Shown in pieces: positions 24,401 to 33,161 of a stretch of DNA of 59,130 bases. Position 1 is the stretch's first letter. Each line of letters opens with the position of its first letter. The notes beneath the pieces were generated by a model that saw only the letters and a program-made list of their open reading frames with translations, ran no database searches and had not been told where the DNA came from. Made by a program: the position numbers and the translations under genes. Origin of the DNA: a virus; IMG/VR virus record IMGVR_UViG_3300024581_000422, positions 1 through 59,130 of that record. One strand, given 5' to 3'.

Positions 24401-27400
24401 GGATACCATCAAGCCTTGACTCTTCAATAGTATTGTCGTCAAACGCCTTTACATCAGCCTTGTTAGGTCTTGCAATAGGTGTCGGGACTACCTCAGTCTC
24501 AGTCTCAACCTCAGCCTCAGTCTCAACCTCAGTCTCAGTCTTAACCTGTATATTGTTTTCTGTTTTTACAGGAGACTCTTTAAAATTAGCAGCATCAACT
24601 GATGTACCTGTACCTATTATTATATCATATGTAGGTCTTTCAACAAGCTTTCCGTCTACTACTCTTTTTGGCTTTACAATTGTTTTTACAATCTTAACAC
24701 CTTCAGGGACTTGGTCGCTTTCTTCTATTCTATCTACATCTACTAATTCACCTTTTTCAATTCTTCTTCCAAGCTCCCCATCAAATATGTATCCATCTGC
24801 TTCAAGCTCTGCCTTCCGCTGCTGATACCAACGCATATCTTCTTGAGTTAAAGCCTCATTAGCTAATATGGCATTTTGCATAAAGTTCTTAAGCAATAAT
24901 GCCTTACTTTTTGAGTCTGTAGTATTAGCCCATTGTGCTTTTATGTTGTCAACTCTTTTCTGTAATTTATTTTTCTGAGTCTGTGTTGCAGCCTCTTGTG
25001 CTTTTGGAGTCCTAACCATTGTAACACCATCCTCCTGCATCTCAAATCCATTACGCTCGTATAGTTCCTGTAATCGATTTGCATCTACAGTGTTATCCTT
25101 TGGTACTACTTTCAGTGTAACCTTCTTCCCACCACTGTCAGCCTTCTGTGTAATCTTATTGATTGCAGCCTCAGCCTTTCCTTGACCTTTCTTTCCTTCC
25201 TCTGTTTCTATACTCTCTAATGTGACACCTGTCTCATCTTCAGTTAGTATAACCTTGGTGCCATCCATGTCAACTTCTACACCACCCTCCATTACGTCTT
25301 CAAGAGAAGTGGTCTCACCTAATCCTTCAGCAAAAGATTCGGTCACATCTGTCTCAACATCTACATCAGCAGTCGTCTTACCTTCTGCCTTTAACGCTTC
25401 TGTAATCTTTTGTTCTACTATGCCCTGCGTCTCAGCATCATTGTTAATAATTAAATTGGTTTTTAGTGCCTGCTCAGGAGTAAGCTTTTGCATCTTAGAC
25501 AGAAACTGTTTTTTGCTTAACTCCTTGCCATTGATAGCGTAGTATGGTGATGCATCATCCAATACACTTCTATATGATATGTCAAGCATTCCTTCAAGAT
25601 TAACCTGAGCCTCTTTGCTTGCAAGCTCTCCTGTGCTGACTGTCTCTGCTATCTCGTCATTTATGTTCTTTATCTTCTCACTAAACAGCTCTCTGCTATT
25701 TGTTGTAGATGAAAGTTTTTCTTTTGCGGCTAACAGCTGCATTACCCTTGTCTCTACTTCAGTAGAAGCATCTTCATTCCCACTGACCTCTAATAGGCTC
25801 TTTGCCTCTCTCCTGCGACCTACATTCTTTTGAATTTCTTGGTTTTGTTCAGAGGTAATCTTCCCTAACCTGTGCATCTCATTTGCCCACTCACTTATCC
25901 TGCTGTCGGTCTCTCCTACATTATTAAACTCAGATACATTAGAAAGTCTCTGTGCAAGACTAAGATTCTTCTTTCCTCGTATGTCACTATACATATTAAT
26001 GGCACCTGTTGTATACGATATAGGATTTGCAAATGGCATAAATAAGCCACCTATCACCTCAGATATTATCTCCTTTCTATTTGTCTCTTGACCTGACACC
26101 TTCTGCGCCAAGAACTCTCCACTTCCCTCGAATAATGGGTTTACAAGAGCCTGCTCTGCAGTTAATACACCAAGCTTTGTAGCTCTCGATGACAGTGGTT
26201 TCGCTCTAAATATTCTACCCGCCAACGATGTCTGTAATAATGATATTGCACCAATTGTCAGACCTCTCTTTAATCCTATCTGCTTTCCTTCTTCCCATAC
26301 CGCATCGTCATCAAGAGCCAATTCCATTTGGTCCGGGTCGAGCACATCATACCCTTTTTTTCTTGCCGCATCCATCACAGCATTGGTGTACTCAAGTGCT
26401 ACGATTGTAGTAGAAAATCCAAGCTGTGCCCCTCTACCTAAACCTACAACCCCTGCCGGCAATGCACCCGGTCCACCTGTTGCTGCAGCCCCATATGCTG
26501 CACCCATACCAAACCCCGTAGCAGCAAATGCAGGTATAATAATCGAACCGTATGGTAGCATCTGCGTGAGACTCTCTGCTGCCAAAGATATACCAACCTC
26601 AAATGGTTGGTCATAGAATGCATCTAACTCTTCTGCAAATGTCCTTCCTTTCTGATACCTATAAAAGCCTCTTCCCTCCTTTCCTGTTTGAGCTTCTGCC
26701 GCATACTTAGCTATAGCTTCAGCTGCCTCTTTTGCGGTACTGTTCTCGTCTATATCTTTTAATCCTAATGATATGGCAAGGATGATATATCCAATATTCC
26801 CATTAGCCAATCCCCTCTTATATGAATTTGACACAGCCTCTAAGTTTTCTACCCACTCATCCATTACAGCCTTGTCTGCTTTTTTATTAAACCACGTGTG
26901 TGCTATATCATATCTATTTGCAGCCTCTTGTCTTTTTATTTTTAGTATGTCATATTCTGTGTTGAATTTATCTACAAACTCAGCTTCTTGTTCTGTCTTA
27001 GGCTCATACAATGCAACCTCATCTGCAGTCAATCCAAGTGTATTGGTAGAAAGCTCATTCATTGCTTCCATGTATAGGTCCACCTCTTTTCTTTCATCTA
27101 TTGCTATAGCTCCATTTACAGCATACATATCCTGCAGGTATTTATCAAAGTCCTCTCGAACCCTTTGAAACTCATCTTGGTTTACAGACCCTCTTAGTAT
27201 AGCAGCTTCTTCCTTTAACTCTTTTAATACCTCATTTGCATCTGTACGCTTCTTTCCGTTGATATATAGGAATCCCATCTTCTCTTTCATCGCCTGCTGT
27301 TCTTCTAAGCCCCCTTCCTCGCTGTAGTCCTGTTGGAATTCATACATTGGTGAGTTTTCAATGGCAACAATCTTGTCCATTAAATCCTCATATTTATTAT

Positions 27401-28829
27401 ACATATCCATGTAGGCATTGTAGTCTAATCCTCTCTTCTTATAGAACCTATCAGCCTCTACATCTACTGCAGATATATCTTTCCATGAGCCATTAACTAA
27501 ATCTTTTGCCTTCTCTTCAGAGTCTACAGAGATAACCTCTCCTCTTACTACTGCCTCAAGATATGCCTCGTCTGCATCTAATAGCATCCATTCAGATGGG
27601 TCTGTGCTATAGTCTGTTGCAGCATTTTTAGGGAATAGTGTGGGGTATACAATAAAGTTCCCATTAGGCATCTCTCTATATGTAAGCTCTAATGTGCCTA
27701 CAGATAAGTCATCTAATTGCGTATAGTTCTTACGCATAGTCTGTAACCTTACCGCATTGGTAATATCATCAGTAACCTCAGGTTCAACTCCTGCAGGTAC
27801 TGCATTGTTTATTATAAAAGACTTTAGCTTTGCTGTCTCATCACGAGTCTTTATTTTTTTTGTTGTGCCTGCTGCCAATGGCTTTAGTTCTATGACTTCT
27901 GTCGCACCATTGTCTGTTGATATGACTTCTATAGCATTTAATGTAAATGACTTTGGTATAATCGCACTAAATAATCCAACATCCCTAAATACAAATCCAT
28001 ACTTACCATACTTCTCTGTAAGCAAGTCTATCGCATCACTTGAATTGTAGTCTATGACATCTTCTGTGATTGATGCTATGTCATTTTGAAATTCTTCTGA
28101 TAGTATGAGCTTTTCTTTCTGCTGTATTTTCTCTAAAGTTTTTTTGTCAGCCTCTCTTTGCTCTTCTCCTTTTCTTTGTATAAGTTCGCCTTCTTCTTTT
28201 AATGTGACACCTTCGGGTCTTATAATGTTATCAGCACCCGGCACATCGATATATTCATCTTGTAAATATTCAGGCGATACCTCACCTCTCTGCCCATAAA
28301 ACATTGATTCAAATGACCCTTGTGCAGGTGGTGCAGGCGGTTTTGGCGGACCCGGAGGTGCAGGTTTACTTGCAAAATCAGGAGGCATTATATTGGCAAC
28401 ACCCGGTGTATCGACATATTCATTTGGTTGGTCTTCTTCTTTCTCTCTTCTCTTCTTCTCTTCTTCTATTTTACTTTTCAAAAGCGGAGCTGCTTGTGAT
28501 ATATAATCCCAATCTACTTTTTTATCTAAAGTGTTGTCAGATAATACTGTACCTTCTACGTTCTCAGTCTCTGACGAAGCCAAAGAACCATCTTCCGAAG
28601 GTGATACCATACCTTCCTCTTTTTTTTTTACATCAGGTATAGCTGTATCTGCCCAAGCTGCTTTGAATTTATCAACAGTAGAAGTTTTAAATAAACCATT
28701 AGATTTACCTATTTCAAAAAGCTTCTCTTGTTGTGTTGAATTAGCAGCCTTCCATTTTTCAAAAGAAGTTTTATTCGTTATTATTCCCTCGTCAAGGTAA
28801 AGATTATATAATTTTTCTAACTTATCCAT
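18450..28829 (-). CDS. Giant 3459-aa virion/ejection-type multidomain (polyvalent-like) protein
   Basis: Uninterrupted ORF at the end of the structural operon. HEFGH zincin motif (nt 22548..22562). Gly/Ala-rich hydrophobic segment (PAFAATGFGMGAAYGAAATGGPGALPAGVVGLG). GNAT-like patch (..KKGQGKAEAAI...LQELYERNGFEM). Long coiled-coil stretches and C-terminal hydrophobic segments. Confidence 0.85.
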   Translation of the reverse strand: MDKLEKLYNLYLDEGIITNKTSFEKWKAANSTQQEKLFEIGKSNGLFKTSTVDKFKAAWADTAIPDVKKKEEGMVSPSEDGSLASSETENVEGTVLSDNTLDKKVDWDYISQAAPLLKSKIEEEKKRREKEEDQPNEYVDTPGVANIMPPDFASKPAPPGPPKPPAPPAQGSFESMFYGQRGEVSPEYLQDEYIDVPGADNIIRPEGVTLKEEGELIQRKGEEQREADKKTLEKIQQKEKLILSEEFQNDIASITEDVIDYNSSDAIDLLTEKYGKYGFVFRDVGLFSAIIPKSFTLNAIEVISTDNGATEVIELKPLAAGTTKKIKTRDETAKLKSFIINNAVPAGVEPEVTDDITNAVRLQTMRKNYTQLDDLSVGTLELTYREMPNGNFIVYPTLFPKNAATDYSTDPSEWMLLDADEAYLEAVVRGEVISVDSEEKAKDLVNGSWKDISAVDVEADRFYKKRGLDYNAYMDMYNKYEDLMDKIVAIENSPMYEFQQDYSEEGGLEEQQAMKEKMGFLYINGKKRTDANEVLKELKEEAAILRGSVNQDEFQRVREDFDKYLQDMYAVNGAIAIDERKEVDLYMEAMNELSTNTLGLTADEVALYEPKTEQEAEFVDKFNTEYDILKIKRQEAANRYDIAHTWFNKKADKAVMDEWVENLEAVSNSYKRGLANGNIGYIILAISLGLKDIDENSTAKEAAEAIAKYAAEAQTGKEGRGFYRYQKGRTFAEELDAFYDQPFEVGISLAAESLTQMLPYGSIIIPAFAATGFGMGAAYGAAATGGPGALPAGVVGLGRGAQLGFSTTIVALEYTNAVMDAARKKGYDVLDPDQMELALDDDAVWEEGKQIGLKRGLTIGAISLLQTSLAGRIFRAKPLSSRATKLGVLTAEQALVNPLFEGSGEFLAQKVSGQETNRKEIISEVIGGLFMPFANPISYTTGAINMYSDIRGKKNLSLAQRLSNVSEFNNVGETDSRISEWANEMHRLGKITSEQNQEIQKNVGRRREAKSLLEVSGNEDASTEVETRVMQLLAAKEKLSSTTNSRELFSEKIKNINDEIAETVSTGELASKEAQVNLEGMLDISYRSVLDDASPYYAINGKELSKKQFLSKMQKLTPEQALKTNLIINNDAETQGIVEQKITEALKAEGKTTADVDVETDVTESFAEGLGETTSLEDVMEGGVEVDMDGTKVILTEDETGVTLESIETEEGKKGQGKAEAAINKITQKADSGGKKVTLKVVPKDNTVDANRLQELYERNGFEMQEDGVTMVRTPKAQEAATQTQKNKLQKRVDNIKAQWANTTDSKSKALLLKNFMQNAILANEALTQEDMRWYQQRKAELEADGYIFDGELGRRIEKGELVDVDRIEESDQVPEGVKIVKTIVKPKRVVDGKLVERPTYDIIIGTGTSVDAANFKESPVKTENNIQVKTETEVETEAEVETETEVVPTPIARPNKADVKAFDDNTIEESRLDGILSAIADKNIAGKKLTKFQERVAEKHKTRVSELEILKQDVASLEADLEERLGSDEVQFQLSEGKTEDNVIDKKTKEAKKLFSELDKQESSGETVVVEEPTVEPTPITVEENLSLVEKIKRFKLKELVGKKINLLMADKLKVELKDPTKPHNPDTNPYVKMGGNFFPLMEGLFGKVAWASIKDVAATKIIKGAMDADYSVVYNMGNGGIMSNIIIAEMVNEKIPDNQKDKIFNLIKDKVKESKLTDVKKAKKHLDGATDIMSFFKALQENEGVKTRAAVMELILPETLDVKTDIKLSQELISLGIARDVLIDETSEGFTKDLKTGALTMVVEITNKDGVKVSELKRQLDERLKKKEITQKEYNKGINDIIASAKISEEEAQAEGMQIHPNYPFYIRGRAVALMEDTAPFYRVTDYYSNQLQERAVGLEKKRSGKVKYNANKAETEVFEKIQEAKSDKVKKADKLKLIEEILASDAFAKLNARDRKIMKPLLEEALQLNNNDKIKNLLKEAELPLAKMVNYSKAEAISAAGTSAMTTSSTAYQISELNPTPWEIFLERLTKAFPTVEVITSQQEFDELTKNLWVKELLTKDQTVYGAVYEGKLYLNGRVENFNTPIHEFGHIWINTAKQASPELYNKGMELISQDETYINQIKNSSDYKRIITKMREAGATEEEIDTYIKEEALATAIGDKGESFVNASVSRDFKQWLVDLYKNIQKLFGISEYTAEQLENITLDEFLQAVTVDLLSGKELFKGQDVSALSSTLQLMTGDNASAESIVSLGRELGYPNDAIKAILQNRGFDASTIKSALEIDIDLFNKMPYEFGNINEGAREGLKLFNDVKDKLQRFARQGKSLIEIRQKAQDILKAHPLFKSQIERIQLELQNAIDRDLKINRGPKISKEIGGIRKRIADIKRGQRNIKAAQTELKNAIRQKLVGIKNVSKSSVNKINKLITQATPENVEGITNLIFAEIDTMVDAQQAESLRQSTLEFNRKVRAEDKVRRDVRNFQQEIRRVIRKSFAEMTKDTPIKVREFRVATINRLNKILNETNDQNYTEQLTKVLDELDNSREQVKKKLINEIKDTVKVKVKKTRSGKLSASGVDVRGKSYLDAVSRVLKLAMNGDVDGIINLMNSIDENEYNTALDKDERGQKLTKKELDILNLRDAIDSYADIVNMDLEQVKLLLDDLKNTRAESIKNFNTRRKMRRQLSESIKEQFKTQISKDFSELYDEDGQRKSDTQLKRDRKPIMQAFIKDGFLETLKDFKARVTENLKYKTGALAMFMKENMFNLDLITQRLDRNTNGLFTEFFYNSLLDMENNALLGYFTQEKVLDGITNRLANKEWNKWKYSLGNDVITLDGIISVQEDTSKEPFSVELNRDQAMALYALTLNDTQREKLNNQGLDDAKILQLKEFIGEDNIAIIESTVDYLSNPYFESVNNVFMQANDISLRQIENYFPTQTDVSATNSEDLFSGDFFKVFNAEWQSALKERTAKVGDVVMNRSFTQTLEKHFRDMERFKAYALGVKTMNQVYKSPDIQTLLDMSGYKNIFQQMLNYGINPNATPEIKRGGKLLTWAQNTFSGIVLAFKPIQALKQTTSFMLPLGDYQFRKGKSTPIVDFFTFMYDYADVLANRKKNVAEAMDMSGIFAERYRKGMKGDLLAIESGQRTYRPVLEAQGKRGAVARALSRAKAFFTSYGDINGVLGYKARFNRDIKNGMSKAEALRRFNQFDSTQQAQQNVNKIGLQQSNNPLVKGVTMFGSASFLLLNNTMKYAGRIINGKATYSDYKNFLLNAVVANVLYTTASYSMALLFGDKDDREYALKQILASGNPLTLLYRLPLVGAGLESGIAAYRGEYFSRDSMKNPYSDFAQKIAKALKDVDAYEGTKILLEIGTASPMDPAEGIFNIATGEGEMDDVFKIMGVAKSYRPGYATKEKTKEKPKGEPKKKKSSGLNLTKKEREALGLPELPELPKMSDDLPKLPTLEDMMED

Positions 28830-28847
28830 TTATTATTGTTAGTTTGG

Positions 28848-30665
28848 TTATTCTTCAGTTTCTTCTTCATCAAGTATAGCATCACCGTTTGTATTCTTTA
28901 GCTGTCGTTGACCTTCTATGAGCAATGGAATCCTGCTGTCAGGTACATTTGCTAATCCCTTTCCTATTAATAAATCTATAAGAGATTGAGCGTCTTGGTC
29001 AAGGGATAACTTTATATCTGCTTCACCTTCAACTGAGCTTGTCAATGTTACTTCCTCACTGATTCCCCCACTTGTCTCTGCAGTATAATTTTCAAGACCT
29101 GCAATATTTGCAATCATAGGATTTAATTTTTTAACTACTTCTTTTTTCGATAACATATTTCCATCTGTACCAACAAATGCAGATGTGTCTATATTATTTC
29201 TCATCAATCTTTCTAATGTCTCCAACATAGGCTCATACTCATCTTCAGGAATAGAAGCACCTGACCCTATTACTCTACGTTCAATATTTTGATTGATACC
29301 TGCCCCTTGAGGTATAATACCTCCGGCAGCTACTAAATCGACTATATTATCTATCTGTCTGCCTTCACCTAAGATAAAGTTTCCTTGAGATGTTAAGAAT
29401 GATTCAATGCTTTGAACGTCATTTAATTTTAATGCTCTTCTTACACCACCTTGTGTCATTATTAATTGACCTTTGTCACGGACAATATCAAGACCCGGAT
29501 TCATAGCCTCTAATGCATCTATAGCCTCTAATATTTCTTCTTCATTACCATAGACTAACTTAGCCATGTTTGTTAATGCATTCTTCTTTTGTGTTTTATT
29601 AAGACCTTTACCCGAAGTTGGAGGCTGTGGTGCATATGGCTTATTTACTACATTTTGAATATCAATCTTTTTGTCTATCTGCTCATCTATCTGATTGCTT
29701 AAGAAGTCTCTAACAGTCTGCTCTTGTTCATCTGTAAATACAGGTACGCCATTAGCATCTTGAGTCCTATCCAAAAATATTAATGTGCCCGTCTTGTCAT
29801 TCTTGTATTCAGTCTCGTTATATGTGAAATCAAAGAATTCACCATTTGCAGTCTGTAGTTTCCCTGTGGTAAGCATATCTGCAACATGGTCTTTGTTTGT
29901 CATCATAGCCTCTATTGTGTTTTCTTTCCATGTGGAAAACCCCGGAGCTTCAGTCTTGTCATCTATCTGCGTTACACTACTTAAATTTCCTGCACGCATA
30001 GCCTGATTCAGCTCTTCTATTACATACTCTCCCAAGTAGTCTACTTTCTCTTTTACATTTGCATCTGCATCATACCTGTCATAATTTCTTTTTATCTTGG
30101 TCAACATCTCTGCTGCAGTAGTCTGCTGATTCATGTCTATATTCCCATTTGCATCTCTATTGGCAATGCTTATCACACCATTGGTAGGATTTATAAATGT
30201 CCCTGCATTACGCAGGTTTGCCATACCTTCTACGTGTTGCATATCAAACACTTCACGCCATGCAGACTCGTCATTCTGCCACCTGTCCATCTTTTCTGTA
30301 TATGCCTCTTGGTATGCCTTAGCCATATCAAATGTTAGCTTCGTGCCATCTGTATTGTTCTGACGGTTACGTGTGTAGTCACCTAAATTCAACTGACCTG
30401 ACTTTAGCAGGTTGTCCTGCATACGTCTATATTCAGTCATGTTAGTCACGTATTCATTAATAAAATTATTACCATGGTCATAGTCACCTGTAGGCGCATT
30501 AGAAAGCTCGATACCTATCTGCCTTGACCTTTCATCTATCTCAGCTTTTTTATCAAGACGTACCTTCGCCTCTTCTTTGAGCATATCAGATACACTCTTC
30601 CCGACAGCATTCCAATCTATCCTGTCCTTTTCATTACGCTCGACATATTTATAGTAAGTAGCCAT
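28848..30665 (-). CDS. Putative internal virion protein (605 aa)
   Basis: ORF track. Position between a TM/coiled-coil protein and the giant protein parallels a T7 gp14-15-16-like order. Confidence 0.5.
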   Translation of the reverse strand: MATYYKYVERNEKDRIDWNAVGKSVSDMLKEEAKVRLDKKAEIDERSRQIGIELSNAPTGDYDHGNNFINEYVTNMTEYRRMQDNLLKSGQLNLGDYTRNRQNNTDGTKLTFDMAKAYQEAYTEKMDRWQNDESAWREVFDMQHVEGMANLRNAGTFINPTNGVISIANRDANGNIDMNQQTTAAEMLTKIKRNYDRYDADANVKEKVDYLGEYVIEELNQAMRAGNLSSVTQIDDKTEAPGFSTWKENTIEAMMTNKDHVADMLTTGKLQTANGEFFDFTYNETEYKNDKTGTLIFLDRTQDANGVPVFTDEQEQTVRDFLSNQIDEQIDKKIDIQNVVNKPYAPQPPTSGKGLNKTQKKNALTNMAKLVYGNEEEILEAIDALEAMNPGLDIVRDKGQLIMTQGGVRRALKLNDVQSIESFLTSQGNFILGEGRQIDNIVDLVAAGGIIPQGAGINQNIERRVIGSGASIPEDEYEPMLETLERLMRNNIDTSAFVGTDGNMLSKKEVVKKLNPMIANIAGLENYTAETSGGISEEVTLTSSVEGEADIKLSLDQDAQSLIDLLIGKGLANVPDSRIPLLIEGQRQLKNTNGDAILDEEETEE

Positions 30666-30678
30666 ATATTAATCTTTA

Positions 30679-31752
30679 TTATCTTCCTCCAAACATTTCT
30701 TCTAATTGCTTATATCGTAAATATTCTTTATAAGCTTCTGTATCTAATCCGGCATTTACTCCACCCATATTAAAAATATAAGGAGAACTTGAAAAGTTTT
30801 TACCTATTCTATTTGAACCTCTATAATCTTGATACCCTTCACTTGCGTAAAGTTTTTTAAATGCTGCAGGATTTGCTTTTTCAAGCTGCTTAAAATCTCT
30901 TTTACTCATATCACTTATAGAGGTTGGAAGAACTCCCGAAGGAACCGTAGTAGTCATAGGTGTCTCAGGTACAGTACTCATTACAATTTGTGAAGACGTT
31001 GGAGGCAGAGGACCTGTTTGTGGGCTAAGCCCTCCTATCCCTGTGCCAAGAGATATTTGTGGGTATGATGATTCCAAAGTTGCATCTATAGGGTTAATAT
31101 TTGTTAAAGTTGTATCACCAAATATAGCTGAATTAACTGCATCTTGTCCCAAGGATGCAATCCCTGCTCTTCTTTGACCTGCCGTACCTTTACCATATAG
31201 TGGTGCCATTGATACTGCCTGACCTACAGTACTTATAGCACCTTGTATACCTTGTCCGATTGCTTGTCTTTTTGCATTCTCAGCTTCTGCCGCTGCTCGC
31301 TGAGCACCTTCTGCCTCCTGTAGGCTTATGTCGGCTTGTAGCCCTGCCAATCGAGCGTCTTCTCGTGCAATCAACTCTTCAATCCTATTCATCTCCTGCT
31401 CCTGTTGTGCCATAATCTGCTGCTGTCCTAATAGGTCCTGTTGGTATACCTGACCTGCAGTAGAGGCAACGCCTCGTGTAGACCCCTCTCTTGCTGCCCC
31501 CATCAGATTTGCTGCCTGCACCATAGCCCTGTCACGAGCGATGTCGTATATCTCTTTGTTTATACCAAGGTCTGCCATGTAGTTCACATCAAGACGCTTA
31601 CGTGCATCTTCTAATGCTCTATCAGCTGCTGCCTGTGCTCTTTTTTGTTTTTTACTTTGTGCCGCAGCCTGACCGAATGATGCCGCTGTACCTGCAGCAC
31701 CCATTACTAACCCTGTTATTCCTAATCCCAATGCTAATCCTATTCCTGCCAT
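30679..31752 (-). CDS. Putative internal virion protein with N-terminal Gly-zipper TM and a Q/A-rich coiled coil (357 aa)
   Basis: MAGIGLALGLGITGLVMGAAGTAASFG..., then AQ-rich helices. Confidence 0.5.
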   Translation of the reverse strand: MAGIGLALGLGITGLVMGAAGTAASFGQAAAQSKKQKRAQAAADRALEDARKRLDVNYMADLGINKEIYDIARDRAMVQAANLMGAAREGSTRGVASTAGQVYQQDLLGQQQIMAQQEQEMNRIEELIAREDARLAGLQADISLQEAEGAQRAAAEAENAKRQAIGQGIQGAISTVGQAVSMAPLYGKGTAGQRRAGIASLGQDAVNSAIFGDTTLTNINPIDATLESSYPQISLGTGIGGLSPQTGPLPPTSSQIVMSTVPETPMTTTVPSGVLPTSISDMSKRDFKQLEKANPAAFKKLYASEGYQDYRGSNRIGKNFSSSPYIFNMGGVNAGLDTEAYKEYLRYKQLEEMFGGR

Positions 31753-32273
31753 AATGCTAATTCTTTTTGTATTATTAATGGTGGCAGTGTCTTGTAGTCT
31801 TCTGTGTACACATCTGCCTCTGCCTCTTCAAATGTCTTTGCATCCGTCTTATATACACAACACCAATCGGTATCTTCATGGATATATAAGACTCTCTGCG
31901 TACCTGTCTGCGTGAATATAACATGAGGTGCCTCCACCGTCACAATCTCACCGCTGTCTGTTAGATACGATACCTTCCCTTTTAGCAGGAATGAAGGATG
32001 TTGTTGTTTGTGTATCATAGATATTACTATATGCCCTTTAGGCATAAATAGCTGTCTTGTATACAGACCTCCCTCCAATGTCTGCTTAAGCGGGTATGTA
32101 GCTTTCAACTCTTCGCTTTGAGGTGTGCCACACTTGTGTGTGACAGCCTCATCATATGTACTTAAGACCTGCCTAAATTGTTCTATTCTCTCCCATAGCA
32201 TCCCCCTATTATAGTTGACATAGTTTAGAATGTCTTCAGGATTGTTATCCTCTAATACAATGGTATCCTGCAT
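31740..32273 (-). CDS. Hypothetical protein, possibly cupin-like beta-barrel (177 aa)
   Basis: ORF track. GGLYTRQLFMPKGHIVISMIHKQQHPSFLLKGKV...APHVIFTQTGTQRVLY pattern. Confidence 0.5.
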   Translation of the reverse strand: MQDTIVLEDNNPEDILNYVNYNRGMLWERIEQFRQVLSTYDEAVTHKCGTPQSEELKATYPLKQTLEGGLYTRQLFMPKGHIVISMIHKQQHPSFLLKGKVSYLTDSGEIVTVEAPHVIFTQTGTQRVLYIHEDTDWCCVYKTDAKTFEEAEADVYTEDYKTLPPLIIQKELALWQE

Positions 32274-32307
32274 AGAATTAAATGTTTATCTTACAAAGAT
32301 AATAATT

Positions 32308-33147
32308 TTATGGGAAAGATTTCATTATCTCAGATTCAACAGAAAACATTTCACTCTGATTAATCGCCTTCGTAGGGTCAAGTGTCAACACAAACTTACA
32401 GTAGTGTCCTAATAGACCATGTGACTCTGCTATAGGATTCTTAATATACAAGAAATATGCGTCCTGCAGTGGTATAGGATTAACAGCAGGAGGAACAAAT
32501 GGATTCCCCTGTTGGTCTACAGATGAGTTAATAACCAACTGATTGATACCATTGCGTTTGTCTACGTTTTTCTGAATAATCTGACCTGCAAATATAGGTG
32601 TCTCATATGGTGGCACTGCATAGTATAGATAGTCTCCAACGCTTACAATGCTTCCTATATCAACAGATAGTGCAAAGTCAATCTCGTATGCTGTAGCTAT
32701 GCCTCCAACTGCTGTACTACGAGCGATGCCATTAAGTGAGCGCAACTCAAATTCACTTTCATCTACACTTGCACCTGTCGGTCCATTGTTACGAATGAAT
32801 GCAAACCACGCATCTTCTTTTTTCTCGAACCAATCGTCATCAATCAGTCCTGTGGTCTGTATGTCTGTTGTTAGGATAGCATCCCAAGAGTCGTCACCCT
32901 CCAAGTTTAATGTCTTGAACTGCTTGGTCTCTAATGGGCTCTGATTAAATATACTTGTTATCTGAGACTCATAGGTGGTCCCATAGAACGTGTTGTAGTT
33001 ATTGTTGGTGTTATGCCTATAAAGGTTGCCACCCTTAAACGTATAAAAAAATTGATTCATCCCTATCATCCAATCAGGGAAAAAAGAATAGAATGATGGG
33101 AACCCCTGTGAGGTATTGCTGTATGTTAATGTATAATTCTGACTCAT
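32308..33147 (-). CDS. Putative tail/structural protein (279 aa)
   Basis: ORF track, in the structural operon. Confidence 0.6.
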   Translation of the reverse strand: MSQNYTLTYSNTSQGFPSFYSFFPDWMIGMNQFFYTFKGGNLYRHNTNNNYNTFYGTTYESQITSIFNQSPLETKQFKTLNLEGDDSWDAILTTDIQTTGLIDDDWFEKKEDAWFAFIRNNGPTGASVDESEFELRSLNGIARSTAVGGIATAYEIDFALSVDIGSIVSVGDYLYYAVPPYETPIFAGQIIQKNVDKRNGINQLVINSSVDQQGNPFVPPAVNPIPLQDAYFLYIKNPIAESHGLLGHYCKFVLTLDPTKAINQSEMFSVESEIMKSFP

Positions 33148-33161
33148 AGACTATTTTTTTT

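Noticed and set aside
23884-24825. 313-aa + strand ORF and about 25 other + strand ORFs inside 18450..28829 (likewise antisense ORFs within other long genes)
   Set aside because: These are shadow ORFs antisense to a long intact gene. Their translations are Ser/Leu/Phe-rich low complexity with no start context and no intergenic space.
18450-28829. N4-like virion RNA polymerase (about 3500 aa) or crAss-type giant RNAP
   Set aside because: The size is suggestive. However, I found no T7-like motifs (T/DxxGR, the Kxxxxx...YG motif B, motif C) and no double-psi beta-barrel DxDGD catalytic motif; the closest string, NGDVDGI, does not fit. This remains formally open until structure-based searches are run.
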